Notes: generated by a model not told the origin, from the sequence alone. A DNA stretch of 64,000 nt from Planctomycetota bacterium (GCA_038227875.1 JBBRPR010000050.1:1-64000); one strand, 5' to 3'; counted from the stretch's first letter, positions 1 to 10,191 are shown. A program made the numbers and translations.

Positions 1-180
1 TACAATCTGATTCTATTCCGGCTGCGGCACCGTCACGCGATTCATAACGCCATATATTTTGAGAATCAATCCGCGCCGTTCACACTTTCCCGCGCCGATT
101 TATCTGAGACTCACAGCGCTGAAGTACGTGATTCCCGACAATCTGCGCCCGGTTTTTGCCCATCGTTAAATTCGATCCGA

Positions 181-2067
181 CTACCTGTTCTGCAATTTCA
201 CACCCTTGCGGTACACCACTACGCTGGAGACGGCGTCCAGTGATACCGAAGTGCCATCTGGACTGGAGAACGTCAATAGCACCGGCAACTTGTGCGGCTC
301 TCCTGAAAGCAGCGAATCCTCATTGAAGATGCGGAACGCATCAACCGTATTTGTCGTGATCAGGATCGTGCCCTTCCTGTTGTCGATCGTCAACGTTCGG
401 AGCGGAACGGTTGCGTCTGTATTGGTGAAGGTCAGGATATTACCCTTGGTCTCCAAGCTTGACGCGGGGAACGAACCAATGCAGCTATTCTTCGTGCCGC
501 CCACAACAATCGAAACCACATCGGTGGCAACAGGGGATAGCGGCTTGCCACCCGGCAGACGCAGGAAACCCGACAGCTGCATCGTGATGACATCGAAGTC
601 ACCGCTGCCCTTAACTTCCGTGCCCGTCACTTTCGTAATCAGGAACTGACCACCGGGGTTGGAAATGTCGCGCTTGTTGGTGGTACCACTTCCAACGGTC
701 GATGAGCGCCGATAGTCGAACTGTACCAACGAAACCTTGTCGTATGTAACTAAAGCGACACCTGTCGTTACCCCTGTGCCGGTCGAGGTTCCAGTAATGG
801 AATTCCCCGCCGTTCCGGTAGCCGCGCCCAAAACAACTTCCACAGGGATGACGTTCCTGAAATTGCGGAAATCACCGCCCAGCCCTTTAATCAGGCTGAC
901 ACCCGTAAAGGTGAAGTTCAAGATGCCCGTTTTTGGATCCAGCGCAATTTTGTAGGTTGGCTGATTCTTGGCCCGCGGCAAAGTCCCGCCTTGCGTGAGA
1001 GGCAGAGGAAAGGACACCGTGCCTTTCGCATCGAAAATATTTAGTGGCGTGGTCGTGGATGTGGACGTCGAAGTCGACGTCGACGTATCAGTGCTGGTGG
1101 CTGTGTTCGTATCCGTACTCGTAAACAATTGAACGCCCGGAGGCAGAACCACGCCGCCGATCAGAATTCCAACGGGAATACCTTTCAGGTCCGCTTTCGT
1201 GCGAATGTTCTTTGCGCCCAAATCGTCCTTGTTAAGAATCAGGCTCATTTTGATCGTATCGTGAGTGCCATCGCGACCGAAGGAGAACTTGAATCGTCCC
1301 GTTGAGGCAATGACATCCGTGGAAATCGAGCCTTGCACCACGGGTAGCGTGAACGTCTTTTGGGCAGAGTTACCCACTAAGTCCGTGGCGATGATCGTAA
1401 ACGAAGAGGCATTCGCCGGCGCAAACACCGGTGCGCCGAAAATCTGTCCATCCTCACGCAAGGCCAATCCTGCGGGAAGCGCGTCGTGCGAGGCATCGTC
1501 TGCAAAGGTATACGTGTATGGCGAAATTCCGCCGTTTGCCTGAATCGTGTAACCGTAGCTCGCCCCCGTTACGCCGGTGGGCAAAATCGGTCCGTTTACG
1601 ATACTGAGAGGCGTCGGAGCCGTCGTGGCGTCGAGCGCAGTAATGAAGAATCCCCGGGTGATTTGTGGAATCGGTTTTTCAGTGCTCGAGTCCTGCACTG
1701 TTACTGAGAAATCGAAACGGCCAGACTTCGACGGAGTCCCAACCACCGCACCATCTGAGGTCAACGTAACCGGAATCTTCTGAGCCTGCGGATCGGTGTT
1801 CAACAGAAACGTATGCGGTCCAATGCCAAACCGCACCAGGATCTGGCGGCGATAATTGGTCGCCACAACCACAAATCCAAGATCCGACGCCGTCACAAAT
1901 TGCGTCGGGGGCCGGGGACAGGTCGTCCCGATCGCGCGCGAAGATGCATTGTAGGTGAGGGTGTTCGCCCCCCCGGACGTGGCAAGGGCATACGTAAACC
2001 CGAGTCCCGCGAAAAACAGTCCCATCGTTCCGGACCGGTACCGCTGGGCAACGTGAAGAATCTTCAT
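181..2067 (-). CDS. Secreted/surface protein with putative Ig-like (He_PIG/cadherin-like) domains and Thr/Ser-rich linker
   Basis: 628-aa ORF; Ig-like motifs 'LPTGVTGASYGYTIQANGGISPYTY..LPAGLAL..G.IFGAP' and 'GTPSKSGRFDFSVTVQDS'; TSTS run; hydrophobic N-terminus. Start could be at the later MGLFF. Confidence 0.65.
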   Translation of the reverse strand: MKILHVAQRYRSGTMGLFFAGLGFTYALATSGGANTLTYNASSRAIGTTCPRPPTQFVTASDLGFVVVATNYRRQILVRFGIGPHTFLLNTDPQAQKIPVTLTSDGAVVGTPSKSGRFDFSVTVQDSSTEKPIPQITRGFFITALDATTAPTPLSIVNGPILPTGVTGASYGYTIQANGGISPYTYTFADDASHDALPAGLALREDGQIFGAPVFAPANASSFTIIATDLVGNSAQKTFTLPVVQGSISTDVIASTGRFKFSFGRDGTHDTIKMSLILNKDDLGAKNIRTKADLKGIPVGILIGGVVLPPGVQLFTSTDTNTATSTDTSTSTSTSTSTTTPLNIFDAKGTVSFPLPLTQGGTLPRAKNQPTYKIALDPKTGILNFTFTGVSLIKGLGGDFRNFRNVIPVEVVLGAATGTAGNSITGTSTGTGVTTGVALVTYDKVSLVQFDYRRSSTVGSGTTNKRDISNPGGQFLITKVTGTEVKGSGDFDVITMQLSGFLRLPGGKPLSPVATDVVSIVVGGTKNSCIGSFPASSLETKGNILTFTNTDATVPLRTLTIDNRKGTILITTNTVDAFRIFNEDSLLSGEPHKLPVLLTFSSPDGTSVSLDAVSSVVVYRKGVKLQNR

Positions 2068-2426
2068 GTTAGCGCAATTCCTCCTCGCACGTGGTCACGC
2101 TGGCCGAAAGGCAGCACCGCATTCCACGGGACGATACACCTCTGATTGCACGAGACGCTATAAAGGTAGCCGTCTCCACCAAGTATGTCAAGTGGGGCAT
2201 GAACATGGTGCGAGGCTAATTCTCACCGAAATCCATCATCAGCCTCGGCAACATCTTCATCCAGCGTGTTATCGGACATTCCTTTAACTAAGTGCACAAT
2301 AATTGATTTTAGTTTCATACTATTTTAGTGTATCGGCAGCTGGGGGGCGAATTTCGTCCCCGGCTGAGACGGGCGAGTCCCTGCCTCCACCTTGCCAGCC
2401 TAGTGAAACCTGTTATGCATACATCC

Positions 2427-3186
<760 letters not shown>

Positions 3187-3188
<2 letters not shown>

Positions 3189-3202
3189 CAGCCCGTTGAA
3201 AA
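3187..3202 (+). repeat. 16-bp IS-end-like motif AGCAGCCCGTTGAAAA overlapping the hisF stop
   Basis: Exact reverse complement of 4614-4629 (TTTTCAACGGGCTGCT). Confidence 0.7.
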
Positions 3203-3236
3203 GCGCTGAAGAAGTACACGCAGGAGAAGCCAGTTC

Positions 3237-4376
3237 ATGAGCGAAACGCAAGCGGTTCAGTCCAGTGCCACCGCCACGCCCAAGGAAGTCGACAAGTACC
3301 TCACCGCCGCGTGGAAAAACAACGCCAGCGACGTCCACATCAAAGTTGGCGAACCCCCGCTCTTCCGCATCCGAGGCGCCGTCGTGCGCGCCAAAATGCC
3401 GCCGCTGCTCTACGAACAAGTCCGGGCGATGTTCGACGAAGTCATGAGCCCCCAGCAGCAGAAGGAACTCGAAGCGCTCGGCGGCACTGACTTCGCCTAC
3501 AGCATCAAGGGCGTGGGCCGTTTCCGTCTGAATATTTTCAAGCAGCGCGGCTCGCTTTCCATGGCCGCGCGCACGGTGAAGACGGAAGTCCCGACCATTG
3601 AGCAGTTGAATCTGCCCCCGAGCGTCAAAGTCATCGCCAACTACGAAAGCGGGCTGGTGCTGGTCGCGGGCGTGACCGGAGCTGGAAAATCGACGTCGTT
3701 GGCGGCGGTGATCGAAATCATCAATCAGAATCTTCCCGTCCACATTGTCACGATCGAGAACCCGATCGAATATCTCTACCACGACAAGAAGGCGTTCATC
3801 AACCAACGCGAAATCGGCATCGACGTCCCGGATTTCCACAACGGTCTGCGTCACGTGCTTCGCCAGGATCCCGATGTGATTCTCGTCGGCGAAATGCGCG
3901 ACGCGGAAACCATCGAAGCGGCGCTGCTCGCCGCCGAAACCGGGCACTTGGTCTTCGGCACCATCCATTGCGGATCGGCGTCGCAGTCCATCGGCCGCGT
4001 GCTCGACTATTTTCCGCCCAACCGCCACCATCAGATCCGCCAGATGCTCTATTTCAATCTGAAGGCGGTGCTCGTCCAGAAACTGCTGAAGGGCTTGAAA
4101 CCCGAAGCCCCGCGCATTCCCGCCGTGGAATTGATGCTGGTCAATCCCGCGATCAAGAAAATGATCTTCGACAACGAAGACAAAAAAATTCCCGACGCCA
4201 TCCGCGCCGGCCGCCAGGAAGGCATGCAGGATTTCAACCAGTCGCTCTGCGACTTGGTGAAGCGCGGCTACGTCAGTGAAGCCGACGCCATGGAAAACTC
4301 CCCGAATCCGGAACAGCTCTCGATGAACCTGAAAGGCATCACTCTCGGTTCAGACCGCGGCAGCATCACGGGTTGA
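3237..4376 (+). CDS. pilT: PilT/PilU-family type IV pilus retraction ATPase
   Basis: ASDVHIKVG, GRFRLNIFKQRG, Walker A GVTGAGKST, LRQDPDVILVGEMRD, AETGHLVFGTIH, GMQDFNQSL. Confidence 0.88.
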   Translation: MSETQAVQSSATATPKEVDKYLTAAWKNNASDVHIKVGEPPLFRIRGAVVRAKMPPLLYEQVRAMFDEVMSPQQQKELEALGGTDFAYSIKGVGRFRLNIFKQRGSLSMAARTVKTEVPTIEQLNLPPSVKVIANYESGLVLVAGVTGAGKSTSLAAVIEIINQNLPVHIVTIENPIEYLYHDKKAFINQREIGIDVPDFHNGLRHVLRQDPDVILVGEMRDAETIEAALLAAETGHLVFGTIHCGSASQSIGRVLDYFPPNRHHQIRQMLYFNLKAVLVQKLLKGLKPEAPRIPAVELMLVNPAIKKMIFDNEDKKIPDAIRAGRQEGMQDFNQSLCDLVKRGYVSEADAMENSPNPEQLSMNLKGITLGSDRGSITG

Positions 4377-4531
4377 GTGCTTGGGGAAAATAGGCGAACA
4401 CGGATTGCGCAGCCGTCGAAGATCTACGCGCGCCCGCCTTCTGGAAAAGTTGCGTGGCAGGGAGCATATGGACAATTGTCCATATGCCGGAATTTGACCA
4501 CCCTCCTTGCCCTCACCCACTTCTGACCCTT

Positions 4532-4629
4532 CAGCCCGCTGAAAGTTCTATTCCGCCAAATTTCTCCGTGAAACGCCTGGCAGTAGAGGCGTTTCACGGC
4601 GCAGCTCAGAGATTTTTCAACGGGCTGCT
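4532..4629. mobile_element. ~96-bp MITE-like element with CAGCCCGYTGAAA terminal inverted repeats and an internal hairpin
   Basis: Left CAGCCCGCTGAAA (4532-4544); right TTTCAACGGGCTG; internal 13-bp stem CCGTGAAACGCCT/AGGCGTTTCACGG (4566-4599). Confidence 0.5.
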
Positions 4630-6434
4630 GGCCCCTGACCCCTGACCCCTAGGGCCTCCGGCCCAACTTCCTCCGCGTACCGGATCTGCGTCGCGTCAGT
4701 CTTGTACGGCAGCCGACTCGCATCCGGAATCAGCCACGCATGCGTTCGCTGCGTGCTCACCCGATCAGGCGGCATTCCGGTGATCAGCAGAATCGGCGCA
4801 TCGCCGGGAAAATCGCGCGCATCATCCAACACCTGCACCGCCGGTTGCAAGAGCGGCGTCGACCGCGGCAGAGACACGCGGTGCTGCAGCATCTCGTCGG
4901 CGGCGATCGGGCCCAGATCGCGCAGTTCCCCGCCGGTGTAGACCATCCGCACGCGCTGAACGTTGCGCGAGACGGCATACGTGCTGATCGCGCCGAGCAC
5001 CTGCGTCAGCATCGAAGCCGGGAGCGCGCCGCTGGCGTCGATCACAAGACCCAGCGTACTGCGCTGCGCGATTTCCTCGTCGGGCCAGACGTAGCGCGGA
5101 CGCGCGATCTCCGGCGTGGAACTCTGCCGCCGCGACGGCCGTCCGTACGTACGCATCCGTTCGACCGGCGGCACATGCTCGTCAAACCAGCGCGCCAGCA
5201 CCACGTCCCACGGCAGCGGCGGCTTTTCCAGCGAACGGATTTCGTCGAGCAGCGTATGCGGCAGTGGGCCTTTTCCAGACTCCGCATGAATCTGGTAGCC
5301 GCGCAGCAGTGCGTCGAGCAGAAATCGATCGCTCACGGAGGGCGGCAGATCCATCCCCAGAATATCCGGCAGAGCTTCGCCGGCGAACGTGCTCAACTTG
5401 CGCGTCAGTTTCGGATTCTGGATCAGCTCGTCGTAAATCTCTTCCGGCGGCTTGCCTTCGTAAAGCGGCGAAAGCAGCAGCCCTTCCTTCGGCGCAATGC
5501 ACGACCGGCGCAGCAGATCGATCTTCGCCAGCCACCCGTTGATGCAGTAATCGCACGCGACGCTCCAGACGAACGAATCGCGGTCCTTGCGCCGCGCCGC
5601 GTGCATCAGCCCAGCATGGAGCGACGCGTGTGCGACGACGTAGCGCATCTCGGCATCTTCCATCGCCCAGCCCGGATTTAAAATCAGCTCCCGCCGCCGC
5701 GGATTGACCGCCGCGACGCGAATTTCCATGCGTTCGCAGATCTTCGCGTCTTCCACGATTTTCAGATGCTGAGCCACCGCGCCCAGCAGCGGATAATTCT
5801 TGATAAACCACGACCGCGCCTGATGCGCCGGCCCCATCTCCGCGCCTTCGCCGGCTGCCGCCGCAAGCGACTCCTTGGCCGCGCGCCGGATCGCCCGCGC
5901 GAAGATGTCGTGCCAGTTCGCTTTCGCCGGTCCGGTGGAAACCATATCCACCGCCGTGCCGTTGGTCGTGTTGCCTTTGGGTGGACTGCCGTTGCGCGAC
6001 CAGATCGCGAACAGTTTGTCTTCGTCGTTGGGCATGCCCGTCGGCAGCTTCACCAATCCTTCCGGCTGCTGACCGATGCGCATGCGATGGAGAAATTCAT
6101 TGACGATGCAATCGCACGCGATGTTCCAGACGATCCCCTTGCTCGCAAACTTCACGTGCCCAAACGCGAGATGCAGCAGCGAATGCGCCAACGCGAACGT
6201 CCATTCCTCCTGCGTCGTTTTGATGCTGAACGAGTTGGCGAAGACTTCACCGACCGACGAAACCGTGGTCAGCATCGCCGCGACCTGCGGCTGGTAGTCA
6301 ACGATCTTCAACCGGGCCCGTTGCACCAGCGGCCCAATCAACACATGCTTGCGCAGCTCCTGCCAAGCCCGGTCAATGCGCTCGCGTGAAAATTTGAGCG
6401 CCTTTTCATCCGGTGGCTGAAGTTGCTTCGACAT
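4617..6434 (-). CDS. DUF2201-family protein (tandem metallopeptidase-like domains plus vWA-like domain), motifs degenerate
   Basis: LAHSLLHLAFGH..WNIACDCIVN; VAHASLHAGLMH..WSVACDYCIN; PWDVVLARW; RTYGRPSRRQ; VIDASGA; lies downstream of a MoxR ATPase; start MSKQ at 6434. Confidence 0.82.
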   Translation of the reverse strand: MSKQLQPPDEKALKFSRERIDRAWQELRKHVLIGPLVQRARLKIVDYQPQVAAMLTTVSSVGEVFANSFSIKTTQEEWTFALAHSLLHLAFGHVKFASKGIVWNIACDCIVNEFLHRMRIGQQPEGLVKLPTGMPNDEDKLFAIWSRNGSPPKGNTTNGTAVDMVSTGPAKANWHDIFARAIRRAAKESLAAAAGEGAEMGPAHQARSWFIKNYPLLGAVAQHLKIVEDAKICERMEIRVAAVNPRRRELILNPGWAMEDAEMRYVVAHASLHAGLMHAARRKDRDSFVWSVACDYCINGWLAKIDLLRRSCIAPKEGLLLSPLYEGKPPEEIYDELIQNPKLTRKLSTFAGEALPDILGMDLPPSVSDRFLLDALLRGYQIHAESGKGPLPHTLLDEIRSLEKPPLPWDVVLARWFDEHVPPVERMRTYGRPSRRQSSTPEIARPRYVWPDEEIAQRSTLGLVIDASGALPASMLTQVLGAISTYAVSRNVQRVRMVYTGGELRDLGPIAADEMLQHRVSLPRSTPLLQPAVQVLDDARDFPGDAPILLITGMPPDRVSTQRTHAWLIPDASRLPYKTDATQIRYAEEVGPEALGVRGQGPAAR

Positions 6435-6438
6435 GGTT

Positions 6439-6655
6439 GCGGCTCTTGGCTTTTGGGAGTCCTGTCGGGCTAAATGGTGCCATTTGGAAAACGTCGGCCA
6501 CTGGGAAGTTCTGGTGCAACTGGCACGGACGAAGCAGAGCGTAGCGTAGTTTCGGTCTTGCCAGTGCGATCGCAGTGGAAAATCAATTCGCCCCGACTCG
6601 CACCCATCCGCTCCGCTTATATTCAAGAGCCCAACAGCTAAGAGCCACGAGCCGC
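6439..6655. repeat. Inverted heptamer (GGCTCTT/AAGAGCC)-bounded intergenic element with internal hairpin
   Basis: Left GCGGCTCTTGGCTTTTGGG; right CAAGAGCCCAACAGCTAAGAGCCACGAGCCGC; internal ACTGGCA...TGCCAGT stem. Confidence 0.6.
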
Positions 6656-6656
6656 C

Positions 6657-7709
6657 CTACTCTTTCTGCGCCGCCAACCGCGGCAGATCGCGCACGATCT
6701 CCAGCATGAACCAGTCCGGCAATTTCCGGCCGCCGACATCGTCTTCACCGATCAACACCTGAGCAAACTCCAGATTGATCTCCGCCAATTCCTTGATCAG
6801 CCGCTTGGCGTGATGGACCAACTCCGCTTCGCGCGCGCGCCCGGCCGCATCTTCCGGTAGCCGCCGCAACAACTGCGCGCGGACCAGCTGCACCAGCATG
6901 TACAACATGCCCGTGTCGCCGTCGTTCGCTCGCGGCCACGTCTTCTCGCCGCGCAGTAGTTCCTCAACATTGAAACGCTCGCGCCGCATCTGCACGAACG
7001 TTTTGAACTGCGCCGCGTGCGAGGGACTCAAGACGCCCTGCGCCAGCACCCACGCTTTTTCAGTGTCGATCGCGTCGCCGTAGCTTTTCAGACAATCGCT
7101 GAGCAGATGCCAGCTGCGCGGCGTCGAGAACGGTTCCTGCGTCTTCGGCGGCGCGGTGAACAGTTGCTCTGGACGCAGCTTGATGAATTCGATGATATCC
7201 GGATGGATCTCGTTTTTCGCCGCCCACTCCAGCCAGTCTTTGGGATTCGGCTGCAATTCGACATGAACCATGCGGTTGATCAGCGCACTGGACATCTGCC
7301 GCGTGATGGCCTGATCGAACGCCCGGTTGCCCGCGCCGATCACGACCGAATTCTTATGCAGCTTGTAATTCCCCAGCCGTCGATCGTGAATCAAACTGTA
7401 GAAGGCCTTCTGCACTTCCGTCGACGACGCATTCAGTTCATCAAGAAAGAGCAGATACGGCTCGTCGCGCGCGATTTGTTCCGGCGGACAGAAGCGGCTC
7501 TTGCCGTCTTTGATCTGCGGCACGCCAATCAAATCTTCCGGCGCCAACTGTGTTCCCAGCAGCGTCACCACTTCCAGCCCGACCTCGAGCGCAAACTGCT
7601 CGACAAGACTGGACTTCCCAATCCCCGGCGGCCCCCAGATAAACACCGGCCGCACGCTGGCCACGTGGAGCAGAAAATCGATCAGATCGTTGGGTCGAAT
7701 GGCTTTCAT
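6657..7709 (-). CDS. MoxR-family AAA+ ATPase
   Basis: Walker A WGPPGIGKS, Walker B LLFLDELN, GAGNR, SALINR, FSTPRSW; start MKAIRP at 7709. Confidence 0.9.
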   Translation of the reverse strand: MKAIRPNDLIDFLLHVASVRPVFIWGPPGIGKSSLVEQFALEVGLEVVTLLGTQLAPEDLIGVPQIKDGKSRFCPPEQIARDEPYLLFLDELNASSTEVQKAFYSLIHDRRLGNYKLHKNSVVIGAGNRAFDQAITRQMSSALINRMVHVELQPNPKDWLEWAAKNEIHPDIIEFIKLRPEQLFTAPPKTQEPFSTPRSWHLLSDCLKSYGDAIDTEKAWVLAQGVLSPSHAAQFKTFVQMRRERFNVEELLRGEKTWPRANDGDTGMLYMLVQLVRAQLLRRLPEDAAGRAREAELVHHAKRLIKELAEINLEFAQVLIGEDDVGGRKLPDWFMLEIVRDLPRLAAQKE

Positions 7710-7764
7710 GCGCCCATCGTAGCGAAATTCACGCTCCTTTGCAGGAGGAGATTGGAGGCCTGAC

Positions 7765-7799
7765 TTATTGCGGATTTCGGATTGCGGATTGCGGATTAG
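7765..7799 (+). repeat. TTGCGGA heptamer array (left arm of inverted repeat)
   Basis: TTATTGCGGATTTCGGATTGCGGATTGCGGATTAG; 33/35 match to the reverse complement of 8288-8322. Confidence 0.9.
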
Positions 7800-7864
7800 A
7801 ATGGCGTGCGTGCAGCGAGAACTATACACCACTCATTTGCACGCACTACGGATAGAGCGATCGT

Positions 7865-8257
7865 ATGAATGCATTCCGTACTCGTCGATGGTTTCAATTG
7901 CACCTCAGCACTCTGGTATTCTTGTCGCTGACGTGGGCAGCATTTGTGGCATCAGAAATCTTACCGATTAGAACAAACATTGTTCATATGTCGCGGGACG
8001 GCGATACGTTAACCCAGAATTATGGATGGCCAAGCGTCTACGCCATTGGATGGCCCAATAACAATCCGCCCGCGATTTTGTACCGTGACTTTGGCACTCA
8101 TTTTATTGGCTCTAAAGAAGCCCTGTCCCGTTGGCCATCTATCCGCTCGGTACTCATTGATTTTGGAGCGGGCGTGGGGCTGCAAATTTGCATTATTGCT
8201 CTTCTCAAATGGCTGATCCGCCGCCGCCAGACCCAAACAGTAAAACCAACATCCTAA
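7865..8257 (+). CDS. Small low-GC membrane protein with N- and C-terminal TM helices (RRWFQLHLSTL...YGWP...WLIRRR)
   Basis: 130-aa ORF; two hydrophobic segments each flanked by Arg clusters; visibly AT-richer than neighbours. Confidence 0.7.
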   Translation: MNAFRTRRWFQLHLSTLVFLSLTWAAFVASEILPIRTNIVHMSRDGDTLTQNYGWPSVYAIGWPNNNPPAILYRDFGTHFIGSKEALSRWPSIRSVLIDFGAGVGLQICIIALLKWLIRRRQTQTVKPTS

Positions 8258-8287
8258 AAATATCATTTTCAAGTCCTCGCCCCCCAC

Positions 8288-8322
8288 CTAATCCGCAATC
8301 CGAAATCCGCAATCCGCAATAA
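8288..8322 (-). repeat. TCCGCAA heptamer array (right arm of inverted repeat)
   Basis: CTAATCCGCAATCCGAAATCCGCAATCCGCAATAA. Confidence 0.9.
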
Positions 8323-8395
8323 AAATCCCCTCCAGCCCATCCCACACCCTGCCGATATCAATCCCGGGGAAAATTACACACTCTAGGAGCCTGCC

Positions 8396-8848
8396 ATGTC
8401 CATCGAGACAGTCGTTGCGAAAGATATGACTGAAGCGGTCCGCGCGGAGTCCACTCCCGTCAGCGCACCGGCCGTGAAGAGCGTGCCCAACAAGCGCGTC
8501 TTCAATGCTGCCTCCAACTCGGCCGAATTCTTCGATCATCTCCGCGCGCATTTCAGAGAGACGCGCCGCACCCGCGTCGATATCGCCTGCGATCTGCAGT
8601 TGGTGCTCGGCGACGGCAGCCTCTTCGACTCCGGTACCGCGACGGTTCGTGATTTCTCACCCTCGGGCGCATTGCTCGGCAACATGAAGCTTCCCAAGGC
8701 CTGCTACCCGGCCGTGCCGTTCAAGGTCCTGGTGACGTTGAAGGGCGGCGATTACGCCGGCATCTGCTTCGAAGCCACGCCCGTCCGCATCGCCACCGAC
8801 ATGCCCGGCCTCGGGGTGCGATTTGACGAGATCGTCTGCCGCGTTTAA
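8396..8848 (+). CDS. PilZ-domain protein (putative c-di-GMP receptor)
   Basis: RxxxR (RETRR), D-x-S-x-x-G (DFSPSG), terminal GLGVRF; AGGAG SD upstream. Confidence 0.7.
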   Translation: MSIETVVAKDMTEAVRAESTPVSAPAVKSVPNKRVFNAASNSAEFFDHLRAHFRETRRTRVDIACDLQLVLGDGSLFDSGTATVRDFSPSGALLGNMKLPKACYPAVPFKVLVTLKGGDYAGICFEATPVRIATDMPGLGVRFDEIVCRV

Positions 8849-8899
8849 TTTTGTTCCTCGTGCGGCGGAACTGCGTGTCATGGCGGACGCCGCACGCTG

Positions 8900-9718
8900 A
8901 TGCGCGTACTCATCCTCTCTGATCTGCATCTGGGTAATAAGGCATCGAAGGCTCCCAGCCTCCTCGAAGGCCTCGCCAAACTTGCACACCTTCACGATCG
9001 CGTCATCCTCAATGGCGATACGCTCGACCGCTACGAATCGGTCGAGCGACTTCCGTACGTCGTCAGCCATCTCGAGACCATTAAAAGCGCCTGCGTCAGC
9101 CGTTCAGGCCCCGCGGAAATCATAACCGGTAATCACGACCCCGCGATTTCTGACCTACACTGGCTCTACCTCAAAGAATCCAGAACGCTCGTCTTTCACG
9201 GCGACTGCATCGCTGACGTGACGCATCCCAGCGACAAGAACGAGGGCCTGCTCGCTGCTTACGTTCGGAAGCATTGGGCCAGCATCGGCGGTCGTCCCAA
9301 CACATTCAGCGAGTTGGCCGACACCTACCGGCGCCTGCAGGGCGAACACCTCCGCAATTTTCCGCGCATCGAACCCGGTTCCAGCTTTCGCTACCTGACA
9401 CGCCTGCTCTACCCGCCGCGCCGGCCGTTCGATGTGCTCCGCTACGTCTTCAACGCGCCGCGCCTCGCCGCGGAACTCGCCCCGACGCACCACGAACCCG
9501 TCGAGCACATTGTCGTCGGCCATACGCACCGCCCGGGAACCTGGAAGATCAACGGCCGCACCGTGATGAACACCGGCAGCTTCATGCCGCTCTCGCAGCC
9601 CTCCGCCGTCGTGATCGAGAAGGGCGCGGAGCCCGTGCGCATCCCGCTGGTGAAGCTCATCCGCACATATACCACGACCGTCGTGCTGCCGATGCGGGAT
9701 TCGACCGCAGGGAGTTAG
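8900..9718 (+). CDS. Calcineurin-like metallophosphoesterase (LpxH-like)
   Basis: SDLHLG, LNGD, GNHD, HGD, GHTH motifs. Confidence 0.85.
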   Translation: MRVLILSDLHLGNKASKAPSLLEGLAKLAHLHDRVILNGDTLDRYESVERLPYVVSHLETIKSACVSRSGPAEIITGNHDPAISDLHWLYLKESRTLVFHGDCIADVTHPSDKNEGLLAAYVRKHWASIGGRPNTFSELADTYRRLQGEHLRNFPRIEPGSSFRYLTRLLYPPRRPFDVLRYVFNAPRLAAELAPTHHEPVEHIVVGHTHRPGTWKINGRTVMNTGSFMPLSQPSAVVIEKGAEPVRIPLVKLIRTYTTTVVLPMRDSTAGS

Positions 9719-9792
9719 TCTGAGTTTGCCGCTGCCTCCATTTAGAGTAAAATCAGTGCGACAGTCAGGATTGCTCAGGAGAGAAGACGGAA

Positions 9793-10191
9793 ATGCCCAC
9801 ATACGAGTACACGTGCGCCGCGTGCGGCCACGAATTTGAGCGCTTTGAAAGCATCACAGCGAAACCCAACAAGCTCTGCCCCAAATGCGGTAAGAAAAAA
9901 GGTGAGCGGCGGATCTCTGCCGGTGGCGGATTCCTGTTCAAAGGCAGCGGCTTCTACATCACCGACTACAAGAAGACCGGCTCCAAGCCCGCCGATGGCA
10001 AACCAGCCGAAGGCAAGCCTGCGGAAACGAAAGCCGGTACCGAACCCGCCAAATCCGGTGACAGCAAATCCACCGACAGCAAACCCGCCAGCACCGAAAG
10101 CAAACCCTCCGGCGACAGCGGTGGAGGCAGCAGCGGCGGTGGCGGCGACAAGAAGGGTTCCAAAGGCGGCTCCAAACCCAAAGTCGCCTGA
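9793..10191 (+). CDS. FmdB-family zinc-ribbon protein with low-complexity tail
   Basis: MPTYEYTCAACGHEFE..CPKCG..FKGSGFYITDY. Confidence 0.9.
   Translation: MPTYEYTCAACGHEFERFESITAKPNKLCPKCGKKKGERRISAGGGFLFKGSGFYITDYKKTGSKPADGKPAEGKPAETKAGTEPAKSGDSKSTDSKPASTESKPSGDSGGGSSGGGGDKKGSKGGSKPKVA

Noticed and set aside
2337..2368. GC-rich hairpin upstream of hisF as a his attenuator
   Set aside because: No His-codon leader peptide or U-tract; a single imperfect stem is not enough evidence.
6465..6540. Cobalamin-riboswitch-like words (GCCACTG, GGGAAG, GGTGCAA)
   Set aside because: Motifs are in the wrong order, the T-loop stem partner and CCCGCnACTGT core are missing, and they are on the strand opposite the flanking genes. 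An Infernal search against Rfam cobalamin models would settle it.
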